Shown here: piece after piece, positions 22,522 through 33,629 of the stretch | Layout of the letters: every line of letters starts with the position of its first letter | How positions within the stretch are numbered: the first letter of the stretch is position 1 | DNA from: Carpediemonas membranifera BICM | Lineage: Eukaryota; Protista; Fornicata | Length of the DNA: 64,000 nucleotides | Direction: 5' to 3' | NCBI GenBank assembly: GCA_019828565.1 | Contig: JAHDYR010000043.1 | Location: forward strand, 28,512-92,511 | The notes under the pieces: generated by a model | What the model saw: only the letters and a program-made list of their open reading frames with translations | Database searches by the model: none | What the model was told of the DNA's origin: nothing | Made by a program: the position numbers and the translations under genes

Positions 22522-23565
22522 TGGCGCTACATCGTCAGTAAGGTTACCTCGGGTAACGGGCCCGGAGCGGAGGGCGATGCGATAGCCTCACTCCGGGCAA
22601 AAGGTGTTTCGCCGGTCAGGCGAGTCACGCAGTTTATGCGGACAGAATGGCGCAAGGTTCGGATCCGCCGGATCCGACGGCAACACGCTTAGATAAGCTA
22701 GAAGCTTCAATCAATTCCATGTCCGAAGCCCTGAACAGGCTTGCTCCTCCGCCTCCGCCAGAGAAAGAACCTGACGACGAAATGCTCGAAAGTTCCACCG
22801 TTGCTAGGTTCAATACCTCCGAATCGTTGGAGGAGGACACGATGGAGGACATAGATGCAACTCTGGCAGAGATGGACACCTTCTCGGAGTTACCAAGCAA
22901 GAGACCTCTCAAGGCAGAAGCGAAGTGGCTTCAACGCGTTGTCGTGATCAATAGTGCTCTCCCAGATTCCGCGACGAAACAACGTCTTCTTCTCGAACTA
23001 CAGGCTCGTAGAATGGTCCTAGACCTCAAAGATGATAACTGGTCCGATGCCACGACCGAGCTGTTTCAGGACCTCTTCAACAGCACAGAAAGCAAGAGCA
23101 GCCGCACCATCGCTTACTGCGCAGCGAAGGCCCGCTCTAAGGGCAGGCGTAAGGACACCAACGGTAACATGGGGGGTTTCACAAGAAGAAGAGAACATAA
23201 CAACCTCTGTTCATCAATTCCCGTCGATGAACGCGAGGTGGTGGTTATGGGAAAGGCTCGGCGCCTCGGACGAGGTGGTCGGCTGGCTCCGTCACGGCGT
23301 ACCTATCAAGCTAACAGGCACTCCCCCGCCACCCACGCCACAACGGCGCCTGGACCCACGGCTCACCCCAAAGCTCGACGAGATGGTCCGACTTGGCGTG
23401 ATCTCACCCTGTACCAGCGGGCAACTCCGGCACAGTGCCCCGCTCTTCGCGGTTGCAAAGGGCGAGCACGATGTCCGCCCGGTACACGACCTACGCGACC
23501 TCAACGCAATCACTGCGGAGACGCGGGTCTTCCGGCTCTTCGGCCTAAAACGAGCAGTGCGCAAC
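22522..23565 (+). mobile_element. YR-5: 3'-truncated YR retrotransposon (A1, gag from 22647, start of RT)
   Basis: Gag and RT N-terminus are homologous to YR-2; RT breaks at RAVRNL into unrelated sequence. Confidence 0.88.
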
Positions 23566-23688
23566 CTCGTCGAGGCGGGCAGTGTTCCGCGCATTGAGCG
23601 GCACGTCGTAGAGCCTGAGTGGTTGGTTCCTCAGCTCACGGATCCCTCCCTCGATTAAGTGATCGTTGCTGTTCTGCGTCATATCGAG

Positions 23689-23723
23689 CCTTACCTTACC
23701 TTGCCTTACCTTACCTTAGCTTA
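23689..23723 (-). repeat. (TAAGG)n pentanucleotide array
   Basis: Six CCTTA-type units (one CCTTG) plus GCTTA. Confidence 0.9.
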
Positions 23724-25624
23724 CGGGCCCTGCCCGTGTTAAACCTTGGCGGTTGACCCACGACTTCGCCGCGGTGTTGTCTGTGAACACCGTTAGATTG
23801 GCGTTGCCCCTCTGCGCAGGCACCATCAGGACTCCCTGCCAGATTGCGTACAGCTCCTTCACGCATATGTTGGAATCCTGAACATCCCGAGGGAAGTGTC
23901 CTTGCGCTGTTCGTGACGCGGCCCCTTGGTATAGCGATGCGCCCCAGCCCTGGCCTGATGCGTCTGTCGCAACCGTGACCTGCAGATCTCCCTGCATGCC
24001 CCAAAGGCTCCTTAGCTCTGCGAATGGCCTGGAGGGTCGCTGCCGCAGGACCTCGTCCCAGGGTTCGAGAAGCGCCCTTAGCTCTGTTGTGACTGTGATG
24101 TAATCCGAGGGCTTCACCGCCTGAAGAGGACGAAGCCTCAGCAGGGCGGCGTGGGCTGTGGAGGAGAAGAAGGCCAGCTTGCCTAGTAGATTGGCCCAGT
24201 CTCTCGCGCGTAGTCTGCCCTGGACCAGGGCCTCCTGAAGGTGCTGCCTGTAATGAGCGCTCTTGTCCTCTGATAGCCTCATGGAGTCTGTCGAAGTGTC
24301 TAGTACGACCCCAAGATACTCGATCGACCTTGTCGGGGTCAGCTGTGACTTCTTCAGGCTCGGGATGACTCCTAGCGACGCCATGAGCTCGATCACCCCC
24401 TGCGTCGCACGTGCTAGAACGTCCTTGGACTTGTGGGTGAGCAAGAAGTCGTCCAGGTATACCGACACTTGTACGCCGAACCGTCGGGCTATGATCTTTG
24501 CCAGTTGTACCGTCACGCTCTGAAAGAAGAACGGGGCGGCCTGCCATCCGAAGCTGAGACCTCTGTAGTAGTAAGCTTTGCCCTCTGGTGTGACGACACC
24601 CAGGAGCTTCGCGTCCTCCGGAACGACCCCTAATTGGTGTTAGCCCGACCGTAGATCTATCTTTGTCATGTAAGCGTTGTGTGTGAGTGTGCTGAGGGCC
24701 CGCTTGAGGCCGAATAGTCGGAATGTGCGTGCCTCCGATGAAACAGCATTGAGCTGGCGAAGGTCGTGCACGACACGGATGTTCTCTGCGCCCTTGGCGA
24801 CACAGAACAGTGGGGCGGAGTGACGCAGGTCCTGGAGCGTGCACTCCTCTAGAACTCCCTCCTGTAGCATCTCTGCGATCTTGTCGTTGATCCTCGGGTC
24901 CATGGTACGTTGTGGTTGTGGTGGCGGTGGCGGCTGAGTGACGGAGATGGGTACGCCGTGGTGCAAAAGGTCTACAACCTCCTGGCTTGCACCAAAGCGC
25001 TCCCAAAGCTCCCATTTGGCATTCATTGATGGAAATTTTTGTCTTAATCTCTCTTGTTCTTCTTGTTCTTGCCGCCACCCTGGCCCCTCTGGTAGCTGGG
25101 CGGGCCTGGAAAAAAGTCTCCTTCGACATTGCTGTAGTTTTCGTCCTTCATCTTCAGGATCCTGCGGCGAGCCTGAAGTTCAAGATCAATCCTCTTCCTG
25201 TCCTTCTTATCCATCCTAGAAGCCTGCAGCATGGCGGAAATTCTCCGAACGAACATCGCCTCCTCTCTTAGCGGGCCCTTTGAAGGAAGATCTGCCAGTC
25301 CGTCGATGTACCGGATAGTAGCGTCAAAGTTCTCGTCCTCTTCATCCTCAACCTCTTCGTTCTTCTTTTCCTCTGCTTCCTCGTGCTCGCTAGCAAGATC
25401 GAAGATCGGGGACTCGTTCTCCCTTTCTCTTCCTTTTGCAGCAGCCAACTGGCTGACAGTTCCAGCTAGCTTCTCAATCTGCTCTTTTAGTCCCGCGAAA
25501 TCCGATGCCGTCGGCGGAGCCGAAGTTTCTACCATTCTGCCTGCTTAAAGTGCACCCGCACAACGATTGATCGTCTCTTGCGGATGGCGTCACCCAAGGT
25601 GACATTAGAGCTGATGTAGCCCCA
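23724..25624 (-). mobile_element. YR-6: 3'-truncated YR retrotransposon (gag 25044-25535, RT-RNase H)
   Basis: YLDD, TDASGQGWG, KELYAI, TDN; ends at the TAAGG array. Confidence 0.9.
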
Positions 25625-26489
25625 TGACCGATACCCCCGTCACATGACGCTACACGGCCCTGAGACCCCCCAGAACCCAAGTACTACCTCGATCTCGCCC
25701 CGCGAAGCCTCGACTGCTGAGTACCACTCGAGCCCATTGGCACTCGGGGTGCTGAGACGCCCGAGAGGGCGCACGGAAACGTGCAGTTTATGGCATCAGA
25801 ATTTCGAATGCCCGAAGGCACATCGGGCACGTCCGCAGAACCTCCTGTATCCCAGGAAGAGTTCCGAAAGTTTACCAACAACGTAACTGCCACATTGGAG
25901 TTCATGAAAACGAAGATGGAGAACATCGAGGAAAGATCCATCCAGAGGGAGGTAGAACAAGAAGAGTACGAGCTAGAAACCGATGAGCAAGCAACCCAGG
26001 GAACCTTCCAAGGCCTTCCGTCCTTCTTGTTCGATTTGGAGCTCCCCAAGAGGTACGGGCCCCGCGACGAAGCCAAGTTCCTACGCGAGATCATGCGTCT
26101 CCTGACGACCGCGGACCCGCACTCACTCGACGTGAACGATCTACTGCTCCGTCTCCTGAGCCGGTTCAAGGTCCTTCTCCTCAAGGACGACTACGACGAC
26201 AACGTCTGTGACTACGCCACTGCAGCCCTGCGAGCCACGCCCCCGAAGTCTGAGATGGAGATCGAGACGATCCTCGCTAAGGCCAAGACTAAGGGCAAGC
26301 GTAAGCGTCGGAATTTTCAGGAGCAGGGCTCCAGCAGCGTCGGCCGCCGGGCCCGCTCCTAATATTCCCATCAACCCGTTCGCGATGGCGGGTGTGGGAA
26401 CAATTCAGGGTAGCTCCAGCAGTAGTAGCGCGGGTACGAGACGGAATCCCCGTCGAGATCACAGCGCCTCCACCACCGGCAGCCCCACA

Positions 26490-28005
26490 GAAAGAAAGAA
26501 AGAAAGAAATTTATGGTGCTTGGATTCTGACCCCGGACTGAGCTTGTTTCCCGTTGTCTTGGAGCTGAGTGCCCCGGGGTACTGCCTATTTCCCGTGGCA
26601 AACTGGTCAGCAGCGTTTGCCTTGGGCTTTCGGTGCTACTGTCTCCGCGGAAAGCCGATTCCAATCGCCCCAGAGGCCCTGCGGCCATCTCCGTGCAAAT
26701 ATGCTTTCCTGTCTCCCTGAAAGTCCGGCAACTATCCGGGGAGCCTGGGGGTCTGTCCTCGGGGCATTGACAGGCAGGATCGTCCTGCAGAACCTTGACT
26801 ATGACACTCCTTGCTTCCCTGCAGTCCTTGTAGAGCCGTTCAGCCACGGCACCCTCTCGTCTGTCCGGTTCCCCAATTCCATGCCCCCTCGACTCTGTTA
26901 AGAAGCCTACCCGAAGGCGGGGAAAGTGACTAAGTCCATGCTGTCTACCCCGGTTAGGTGGCGTGGGTCAGCGGCAGCCCCAGGCACTAGGCCTGGTTGT
27001 CCTGTTACCCCTTACAACATTTCGCTTGCACTACATGTCCTTGGTTTCCCATGTCGTTAACAAGGGCGGCAGGGGCACCTGTGCCCCTCCGACCCCCGTG
27101 GCCAGTCCCTGCAGTTTCCTTGGGGTCCCAACGAGTGGTGCAACCATATGAATATGGATTTCCTTGACCTTATCCTTGCTCTGTCCTTGTTGCATGTCCT
27201 TTCTTTCTTATTTCTGATCTGTCCTTCCCTGTTCTTTTCCTTGCAGTCGTTCCTTCCCTTGCTTTGGTTCCTGGCTACCGGGATACGTGGGGCCTTTCCT
27301 CACTGATCCCAGGAGCTTAGCACCAGCGAGGGTGGTCCATGGCTGATTCCTTGTCCATCCCTTCCCGGTCCTGGAGTCAGGGGTTCATGACATGCTTCTA
27401 TTCCACCTTGAAGCTGTTGTAAACCTTTGCCAGTTCCCGTAGTCCTGCCGTGAGGCCTTCCCAAATGTCCTCCGAGCCCCATATTATTAGTTGCTGTAAT
27501 TCTAGGATGGGTCTTTCCTGGTACCATTCGCCCTGGGGGCCCTGCCTTACTTCCAAGTCCTTAGTTTTGTGCTTCGCTGCTGTCCACAGCTTTGTCCAAG
27601 CTTCTCCCCTGTCTACTGCCGGGCATTCACAGATTATGTGCGCTGCCGATCCTAGCCTCTGGCCCTCTGCCCACTCCCCTGATCATTTCCTGCTTCCTTG
27701 CTGGTCCTGGCTTTTCCCTAATGATCCTGTAGAACAGGCTCACCTCCGACTCCTCCGAGCATAGGGGGCATAGTCTGCTAATTTCTCTCTTCAGGTCAGC
27801 GCCTTGGGCCAGCTCTGTGATGGCTCTCATAGGGCCCTCCCCTCTCTCTGCCGACGATGGGGATGGGCTGACATTGGCTGCAATGGATACAATTCTCTTC
27901 CATTCCGCCCTGCTTTGCCCCTTCCCAGCCTTTCGGTCTACCGTAGGCTTACCTTGCAGACACTTGCTTAATTTCCTTGTCCCCATGATTTCCATTAGTC
28001 CTAGT
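26490..28005 (-). mobile_element. LINE copy 3, 5'-truncated
   Basis: TSD CCGGCAGCCCCACA(GA) at 26476-26491 and 28006-28021. Confidence 0.95.
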
Positions 28006-29077
28006 CCGGCAGCCCCACAGAGGACCATCGACCCGAGGATACTTCCGAAGCTCGAATCAATGACACAACAAGGAATCATCGAGCCGACGCCCCTCAGTCA
28101 GCTCAAGCACAGCGCCCCGCTGTTTGCTGTCCCCAAGGGGGAAGACATAAGAGTGATCCACGACCTGAGGCGGCTGAACACGGTCACACGCGAACGCCGC
28201 TCCTTCCGTCTGTTCGGCATACGTCGTGCCATCAACACACTCTCCAGCCAGGCCTGGATGGCCAAGATAGACCTAAGATCCGGCTACTCACAGCTGGCCA
28301 TCAGAGACTCGGACAAACCGCTCCTGGGCATCGCTCTGCCCGACGGTCGGGCGTTCCAATACCGCACGCTAGGCTTCGGTTGGACCGCCGCGCCTTATTT
28401 CTTCCAGTCCGCTATGGTCCAGGTAGCAAAGGTCATCGCCCTCCGCCACAAGGTAATCGTCAACGTCTACCTCGACGACTTCTTACTGTCAGCCGACAGC
28501 AGAGACCACCTCAGCAAGGAAATACCCAAGATCATCAAGACGATGGAGGCACTGGGCCTCATCCCGTCGCTGGAGAAGTGCATCTTAACACCGTGCCAGT
28601 GCATAGAATTCCTTGGCCTGCTCCTGAACACCACGTCCAACACCATCCGTCTCCCCGCCGACAAGGCCAAGAGGTACGCAGAGGCCCTATCAGAAGCACT
28701 CGTCAAGAAGCGCATCCGCGCGAAAGACTGGGCGAAGATCGTAGGCAAGCTCTCCTTCTTCGCCACCTCTGCAAGACGGGCTACCCTGAAGCTCCGCACG
28801 CTCCCTTCTGCCACGGAGAACTGGGTCGACATCCACCCCTACACAGCAGACCTCAAGGAGTGGCTGCAGCTCCTGGCCGTCCGACCAACCCGCTCCTTCG
28901 CCGAGTTGAAGAACCTATGGTCTCAGGACCAGCAACTAGAGCTGATTATTTCCACAGATGCGTCGGGCACAGGCTGGGGAGCCCAGTGGACCAACACGTC
29001 CGCGAACTCCCACGGTTCTTTCAAGGGCGCACTGGCGGAACAATCTATCAACGTGAAGGAGCTCGCCGCAGTCCTCT

Positions 29078-30655
29078 TTGGCTCACGCATCATACCAGCA
29101 CAGGACTCAGAGCGCAATCTCACGGTCTTCTCAGACAACAGCTCGTGCGTCGCCTGGATCAACAAGGAGGGCAGCTCAAAGGCCCCCCGATGGCGCTACA
29201 GACACTCAGGATACTCTACAAGGAGATGGAACGCAAGAAGCTCCTCATACACGCTCGACACACCCCAGGCCACCTCAATCTCGCCGCAGACCGACTGTCA
29301 CGCGGGTTGTCCACCCCACCCCACGTGCTGGAGACAATTCTCGAGACTTGGGGCCCCGTCGACGTGGACGCTACAGCACACCCAGACCGCACTCTACGCC
29401 TCCCAGGGTTTACCATCGAACACTGGCCGGACGGCCTGTTCAGGGACTGGCGCGGACACCGCGTTTATGCCGCGCCACACCCGTCCCCGATGACCTTGGG
29501 ACGGACATGGCAGACCCTCCTACCGATCTTAACGACCCCGACTACATCCCCTCCGAACTCGTGGACCTCAGCATGCTTCCTCGTCGTGCCAGACATTACG
29601 AGCCCCGAACTCCAACAACTCAAGGCGCACGCGACATGCAAGATTCCCTTCTCAGTACCGAAAGACGACTTCGCATCAGAGGACCAACAACTCCTAGACC
29701 GTCTCTCCAGGCCAAACGGGACCATCCGCTTCATAGCTCTCGCCTTCAGGACACGTTCTCCAGAATCCTGCAGCACCCAATACTGTCTCACATGCGCCGA
29801 GACGAGTCCAAGCGCTCAGTAGCCGGATGGATTACAGCATTCCTTGAGTACCGCGACCCACACGAGGACGACACCGATGAGTACCGAGCCTTCCTGGAGG
29901 ACGAGGCCGAGTATAATGCACCAGCCACGGTCGATCGAAAGGGATACTGGATCGAGAAGGCCGCCCCACTCTTTTCCGACTGGACCCCCAGCACCTACTG
30001 TCCACAAATCAGAAGAGGCATAGCAGACAACGCCAACACCACCGGCATGACAGGCGGGTCAGCCCCAGTCACAAGGGAGGACATGATCAGGGCCATCAAG
30101 TCCAGGAACAGCGACATCGCGACGTACCAAGCGACACTATTCGCCGCGATTGCTTACCTGACCGTGAGCCGCGGAGCTGAAATCTTCAACCTGACGAGCG
30201 CTGACATCGTGTTCAAGGCAAACGGGGACGCCCAGCTGCTCCTTGGTCGCACAAAGACGCTTGCAAAGGTCACTAAGTCACTACCCAACACCCTACTAGG
30301 CCCATTCAACCCAGCGCTGGCCCTGAAGAGATGGGTACGAGGCTTGAACCTTCCACCGGACGCCTGCATCTGGCGCGCGATCACATCCTCATCGAAGGTC
30401 AGCCGTAAGACCCCGTGCACAATGCGACGTATGCGAGAGGAGCTACGCACAGTCTTCCACGACAACAGGATTGGCCTACACAGCTTCCGCAAGGGAGCGG
30501 CTTCCGAACTGGCACTAGCAGGCACACCGATAGAGACCTTACTCCAACTCGGAACCTGGGCTAACGGCAACTCTCTCCGGCCTTACATCGGGGAGGCTAT
30601 CCGCAACCACCCTCGTCAAACCCGACAAACTGCAAACACCCTGTTCCCATTCTAA
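29078..30655 (+). CDS. YR-7 tyrosine recombinase (true start downstream of ORF start)
   Basis: VSRGAEI, RTKT, HSFRKG, GTW, RPY. Confidence 0.88.
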   Translation: MAHASYQHRTQSAISRSSQTTARASPGSTRRAAQRPPDGATDTQDTLQGDGTQEAPHTRSTHPRPPQSRRRPTVTRVVHPTPRAGDNSRDLGPRRRGRYSTPRPHSTPPRVYHRTLAGRPVQGLARTPRLCRATPVPDDLGTDMADPPTDLNDPDYIPSELVDLSMLPRRARHYEPRTPTTQGARDMQDSLLSTERRLRIRGPTTPRPSLQAKRDHPLHSSRLQDTFSRILQHPILSHMRRDESKRSVAGWITAFLEYRDPHEDDTDEYRAFLEDEAEYNAPATVDRKGYWIEKAAPLFSDWTPSTYCPQIRRGIADNANTTGMTGGSAPVTREDMIRAIKSRNSDIATYQATLFAAIAYLTVSRGAEIFNLTSADIVFKANGDAQLLLGRTKTLAKVTKSLPNTLLGPFNPALALKRWVRGLNLPPDACIWRAITSSSKVSRKTPCTMRRMREELRTVFHDNRIGLHSFRKGAASELALAGTPIETLLQLGTWANGNSLRPYIGEAIRNHPRQTRQTANTLFPF

Positions 30656-31056
30656 CACCATAAACCATCGCACCGGAGGCCGTCAAGGAGACGCCCGGTC
30701 CAGCCGAAAGCAGCAAGGAGCTGCTGGCACTTGAGGCAGGCATGGAGCCGCCATACTCCACTGTAATTACTCTACTTACCTCAGATCTGCGGACGGTGTT
30801 CCCCTTTGGGAGTATGAGTTAGGTGGCTAGCCTAGTCTAGCGAGTACCACTCGAGCCCATTGGCACCCGGGGTGCTGAGACGCCCGAGAGGGCGCACGGA
30901 AACGTGCAGTTTATGGCATCAGAATTTCGAATGCCCGAAGGCACATCGGGCCTAAAGGAGCCCGAGAAGAATAAATCCTTTACCCCCCCCTTTGGGAGTA
31001 TGAGTTAGGTGGCTAGCCTAGTCTAGCACCCTCAATCTCAAGATCTAGTAAAAGGA

Positions 31057-31130
31057 TGCCCCCAGTGAGGCTCGAACTCACGACCTATAGCTTATGAGAC
31101 TATCGCTCGTACCGACTGAGCTATAGGGGC
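31057..31130 (-). tRNA. tRNA-Met(CAT), elongator type
   Basis: Full 74-nt cloverleaf GCCCCTA...CT CAT AA...TTCGAGC...TGGGGGCA, followed by TCCTTTT terminator; no encoded CCA. Confidence 0.96.
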
Positions 31131-31236
31131 TTTTGAGACGTCAGCTCCGGCGTGAGATAATGGAGCATGGGCGATGGATCTGCCTGATTCGATTTATTCG
31201 AGCCGAACGAATCGGGATCGAATCAATTACGGCCAG

Positions 31237-31668
31237 ATGGCTGAAGAAACCGAGAACAACACCGGGGACCGCACGCCTGAAGCAGAGAAGATCCCAGATC
31301 CGCAGAAGCGCATCAACGAACTAACAGGCGAGTTATTGACGCTTCGAGATTTAATGTCGCTGGAGTGGCGCCACCCGGACTCACTAGCCATGCGTAACGA
31401 GTCCGAATGGCTGCAGATGCTCTACAGGGACATCGTCCTCCACCCGAGCTGGACAACCGAGACGATCAAGCTTCAGCTAATGCTCCGTCATGAGCTTCTC
31501 CTCATTAAGGACATCAATGGCTTTCACTACGCCGACGCAGTCAAGGACTACGTCAGAGCCCGACGTTCCAGGATCCGTGATTCCGAGAGCCTCACCGTCC
31601 TCATCGCAGAGGCCCGCTCCAGTGCCAGAGTCGCCCCCAAGAGCGATAAGCGCCCCAGAAAAAACTAA
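31237..31668 (+). CDS. YR-8 gag-like protein
   Basis: ATG in the CAGATG context shared by the families; MRNESEWL...LLLIKD motif. Confidence 0.8.
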   Translation: MAEETENNTGDRTPEAEKIPDPQKRINELTGELLTLRDLMSLEWRHPDSLAMRNESEWLQMLYRDIVLHPSWTTETIKLQLMLRHELLLIKDINGFHYADAVKDYVRARRSRIRDSESLTVLIAEARSSARVAPKSDKRPRKN

Positions 31669-33629
31669 TTGTGCAAGACCATCAATCAACCGAACCACCA
31701 CTCCCCACAACCCGTCGAGCGGGTTCTCTCCGCCACTCAGTGGCCGCGTGGCGGCGCTTGGGAGCGCCATCCGACGTGGTCTCTTGGGTTGGCGACGGCA
31801 TACCCATCGAACTGACACAACAACCGAGCAATCCTCGAATATTCCATCTCCCAGAGAAGGACTTAGCCAAGCTCGATCCGCTGGTGCGCGAAATGCTCTC
31901 ATCGGGTGCCATACACCGCGTCTCATCACCACCGAAGCTCACATGTCCTCTCTTTCCAGTCCCGAAGGGTACAGACAAATGGAGAGCAGTCCACAACCTC
32001 ATACCGCTCAACAAGGTCTCCAAAGAGCGCCGTACGTTCCGCTTGTTCGGTGCCAAGAGAGCAGTTTTAAGCCTTGCGCCAGGAGACATGATGATGTCGC
32101 TAGATCTCCATGCAGGCTACCACCACGTGTCCATTCACCCATCATCGCAGTCCCTCCTAGGCTTTATTCACCGCGGCGTCCACTATCAGTTCACAGTCCT
32201 CCCATTCGGATGGTCCGCGGCGCCATTCTACTTCCAGAAGATCATGATTACCGTAGCGAAGATTATCAAGCGCCATTGCCGCGGTGTAGGAGTTGCCGTC
32301 TATCTGGACGACCTTCTATTCTTCGGGAAGAAGAAGGCCCTTCTGCGCGAGCGCCAGCGCCTCCTGGACATCATGAATCAGCTAGGCTTTATCATCAACC
32401 ACGACAAGTCAGTCCTAGAGCCCACCACAGTCCTGACATACCTCGGCATGCGCATCGACTCAGCTGCTCGGGTCATTTCCCTAGACTCGAAGAAGCGCAG
32501 CAGATACCGCCAATTGGTCGAGAGTGCGCTGATAGAAGGCAATATGAGCAACAAGAGGTGGCAATCCCTCATCGGGAAGCTATCCTTCGCATCTCTGTGC
32601 TTCCCCGACGGCCGCGCATGGCTGAGACCTCTTCAGACAGCCACCGAGACGGAGAAAGGCTTTACGAAAGCCGTCCTCAAGGCCCTATCGTACTGGAAGC
32701 AACTGCTGAGCAGCGAAGATCATCCTCCCCGCTCCTTCGACTCCCTGATCAGCATGTGGGGCGCAAGCCCGGCAATCGACATCCACATCCAGTCGGACGC
32801 CTCAGAAAAGGGCTTAGCTGCCATTATCAGGGACGGCTGCAAGCAGACGATCGTATCCTCCTCCGTCTCCCCCAACAGCCCGCTCCAGAACGAGTCCATT
32901 GCGGTGAAAGAGTTCTTTGCGGCGACGAACGCCGTGGAGACGCTCCTTCCACATCTAACGGACAGGGAGATCACCGTATTCATCGACAACAGCAACGCCT
33001 GCGCCTGGTTGAACAAGCAGGGATCAACGCGAGCCCCGCCGATGATCCAGGACGCTTGTCTCACCCTCTTTTCCCGCTTGGCCGCCTGCCAGATCACACT
33101 GAGAGCCCAGCACGTCAGCGGGCACCTCAATGTCTCCGCAGATGCTCTGTCGAGATACCAGCGACTGGAATGGCGGACACCACGAGGGATCCTCGCTGCC
33201 ATACTGGAGGAGTGGGGCCCTCTCGAGGTCGACGTGACTGGTGGGAGGGACAAGGAGTTACTACTTCCCGGCTTCGTCGAGCGTTCGCTCACGCTGGCCG
33301 AGAGCGGCATGAGCTCGGAGTGGCGCAGCAAGAGAGTCTTCGCAGCACCACCATACGCCCTTCTTCCAGCCGTAGCCAACCGACTGGCCCTCATTCGCGC
33401 CTCACCAGCCTCACATCCGAGGCATACCAAGTCTGCAGTGGTCGTGGTGATGCCCGACGTCCAGTCCGAGGCGGTACGCCGCATCAAGGGCCTCTCCCCC
33501 TTCAAGAGAACGTTCAGGGTCTACGCGGAGGACATGAAGGACTCAGAGCTCCAGAACATCCTCGTGGGGGAAAAGCCGCGGCTCCTCGCCGTCTTCGTGC
33601 CGACGACGCCGCTTTCAACGCAGTACTAG
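31665..33629 (+). CDS. YR-8 RT-RNase H-MT-like polyprotein, intact, in -1 frame to gag
   Basis: SLDLHAGYHH, LPFGWSAAP, YLDD, SDAS, IDN, ADALSR, WGPLEVDVT, FAAPPY; no N-terminal ATG. Confidence 0.92.
   Translation, partial: LIVQDHQSTEPPLPTTRRAGSLRHSVAAWRRLGAPSDVVSWVGDGIPIELTQQPSNPRIFHLPEKDLAKLDPLVREMLSSGAIHRVSSPPKLTCPLFPVPKGTDKWRAVHNLIPLNKVSKERRTFRLFGAKRAVLSLAPGDMMMSLDLHAGYHHVSIHPSSQSLLGFIHRGVHYQFTVLPFGWSAAPFYFQKIMITVAKIIKRHCRGVGVAVYLDDLLFFGKKKALLRERQRLLDIMNQLGFIINHDKSVLEPTTVLTYLGMRIDSAARVISLDSKKRSRYRQLVESALIEGNMSNKRWQSLIGKLSFASLCFPDGRAWLRPLQTATETEKGFTKAVLKALSYWKQLLSSEDHPPRSFDSLISMWGASPAIDIHIQSDASEKGLAAIIRDGCKQTIVSSSVSPNSPLQNESIAVKEFFAATNAVETLLPHLTDREITVFIDNSNACAWLNKQGSTRAPPMIQDACLTLFSRLAACQITLRAQHVSGHLNVSADALSRYQRLEWRTPRGILAAILEEWGPLEVDVTGGRDKELLLPGFVERSLTLAESGMSSEWRSKRVFAAPPYALLPAVANRLALIRASPASHPRHTKSAVVVVMPDVQSEAVRRIKGLSPFKRTFRVYAEDMKDSELQNILVGEKPRLLAVFVPTTPLSTQY

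Larger units (their letters stand above)
23566..25718 (-). repeat. Inverted near-identical duplicate of ~61186-63340 (tRNA 3' flank, truncated YR-6, TAAGG array, accessory-ORF fragment)
   Basis: Matching translations in the ORF track (e.g. 25044-25535 minus vs 61370-61861 plus), including the same premature stop after IDLRSG. Confidence 0.95.
25719..31027 (+). mobile_element. YR-7: complete split-direct-repeat YR retrotransposon interrupted by LINE copy 3, inserted 29 bp 3' of tRNA-Met
   Basis: A1 25719-25828 = A2 30842-30951 (110 bp); B1 30801-30841 = B2 30987-31027; gag 25790-26362; pol to ~29822; YR to 30655. Confidence 0.95.

Noticed and set aside
31490-33560. N-terminal ~690 aa of the 936-aa ORF as a real protein
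   Set aside because: Probably an alternative frame of GC-rich pol with low-complexity composition; only the C-terminal YR part has motifs, though a long overlap cannot be fully excluded.
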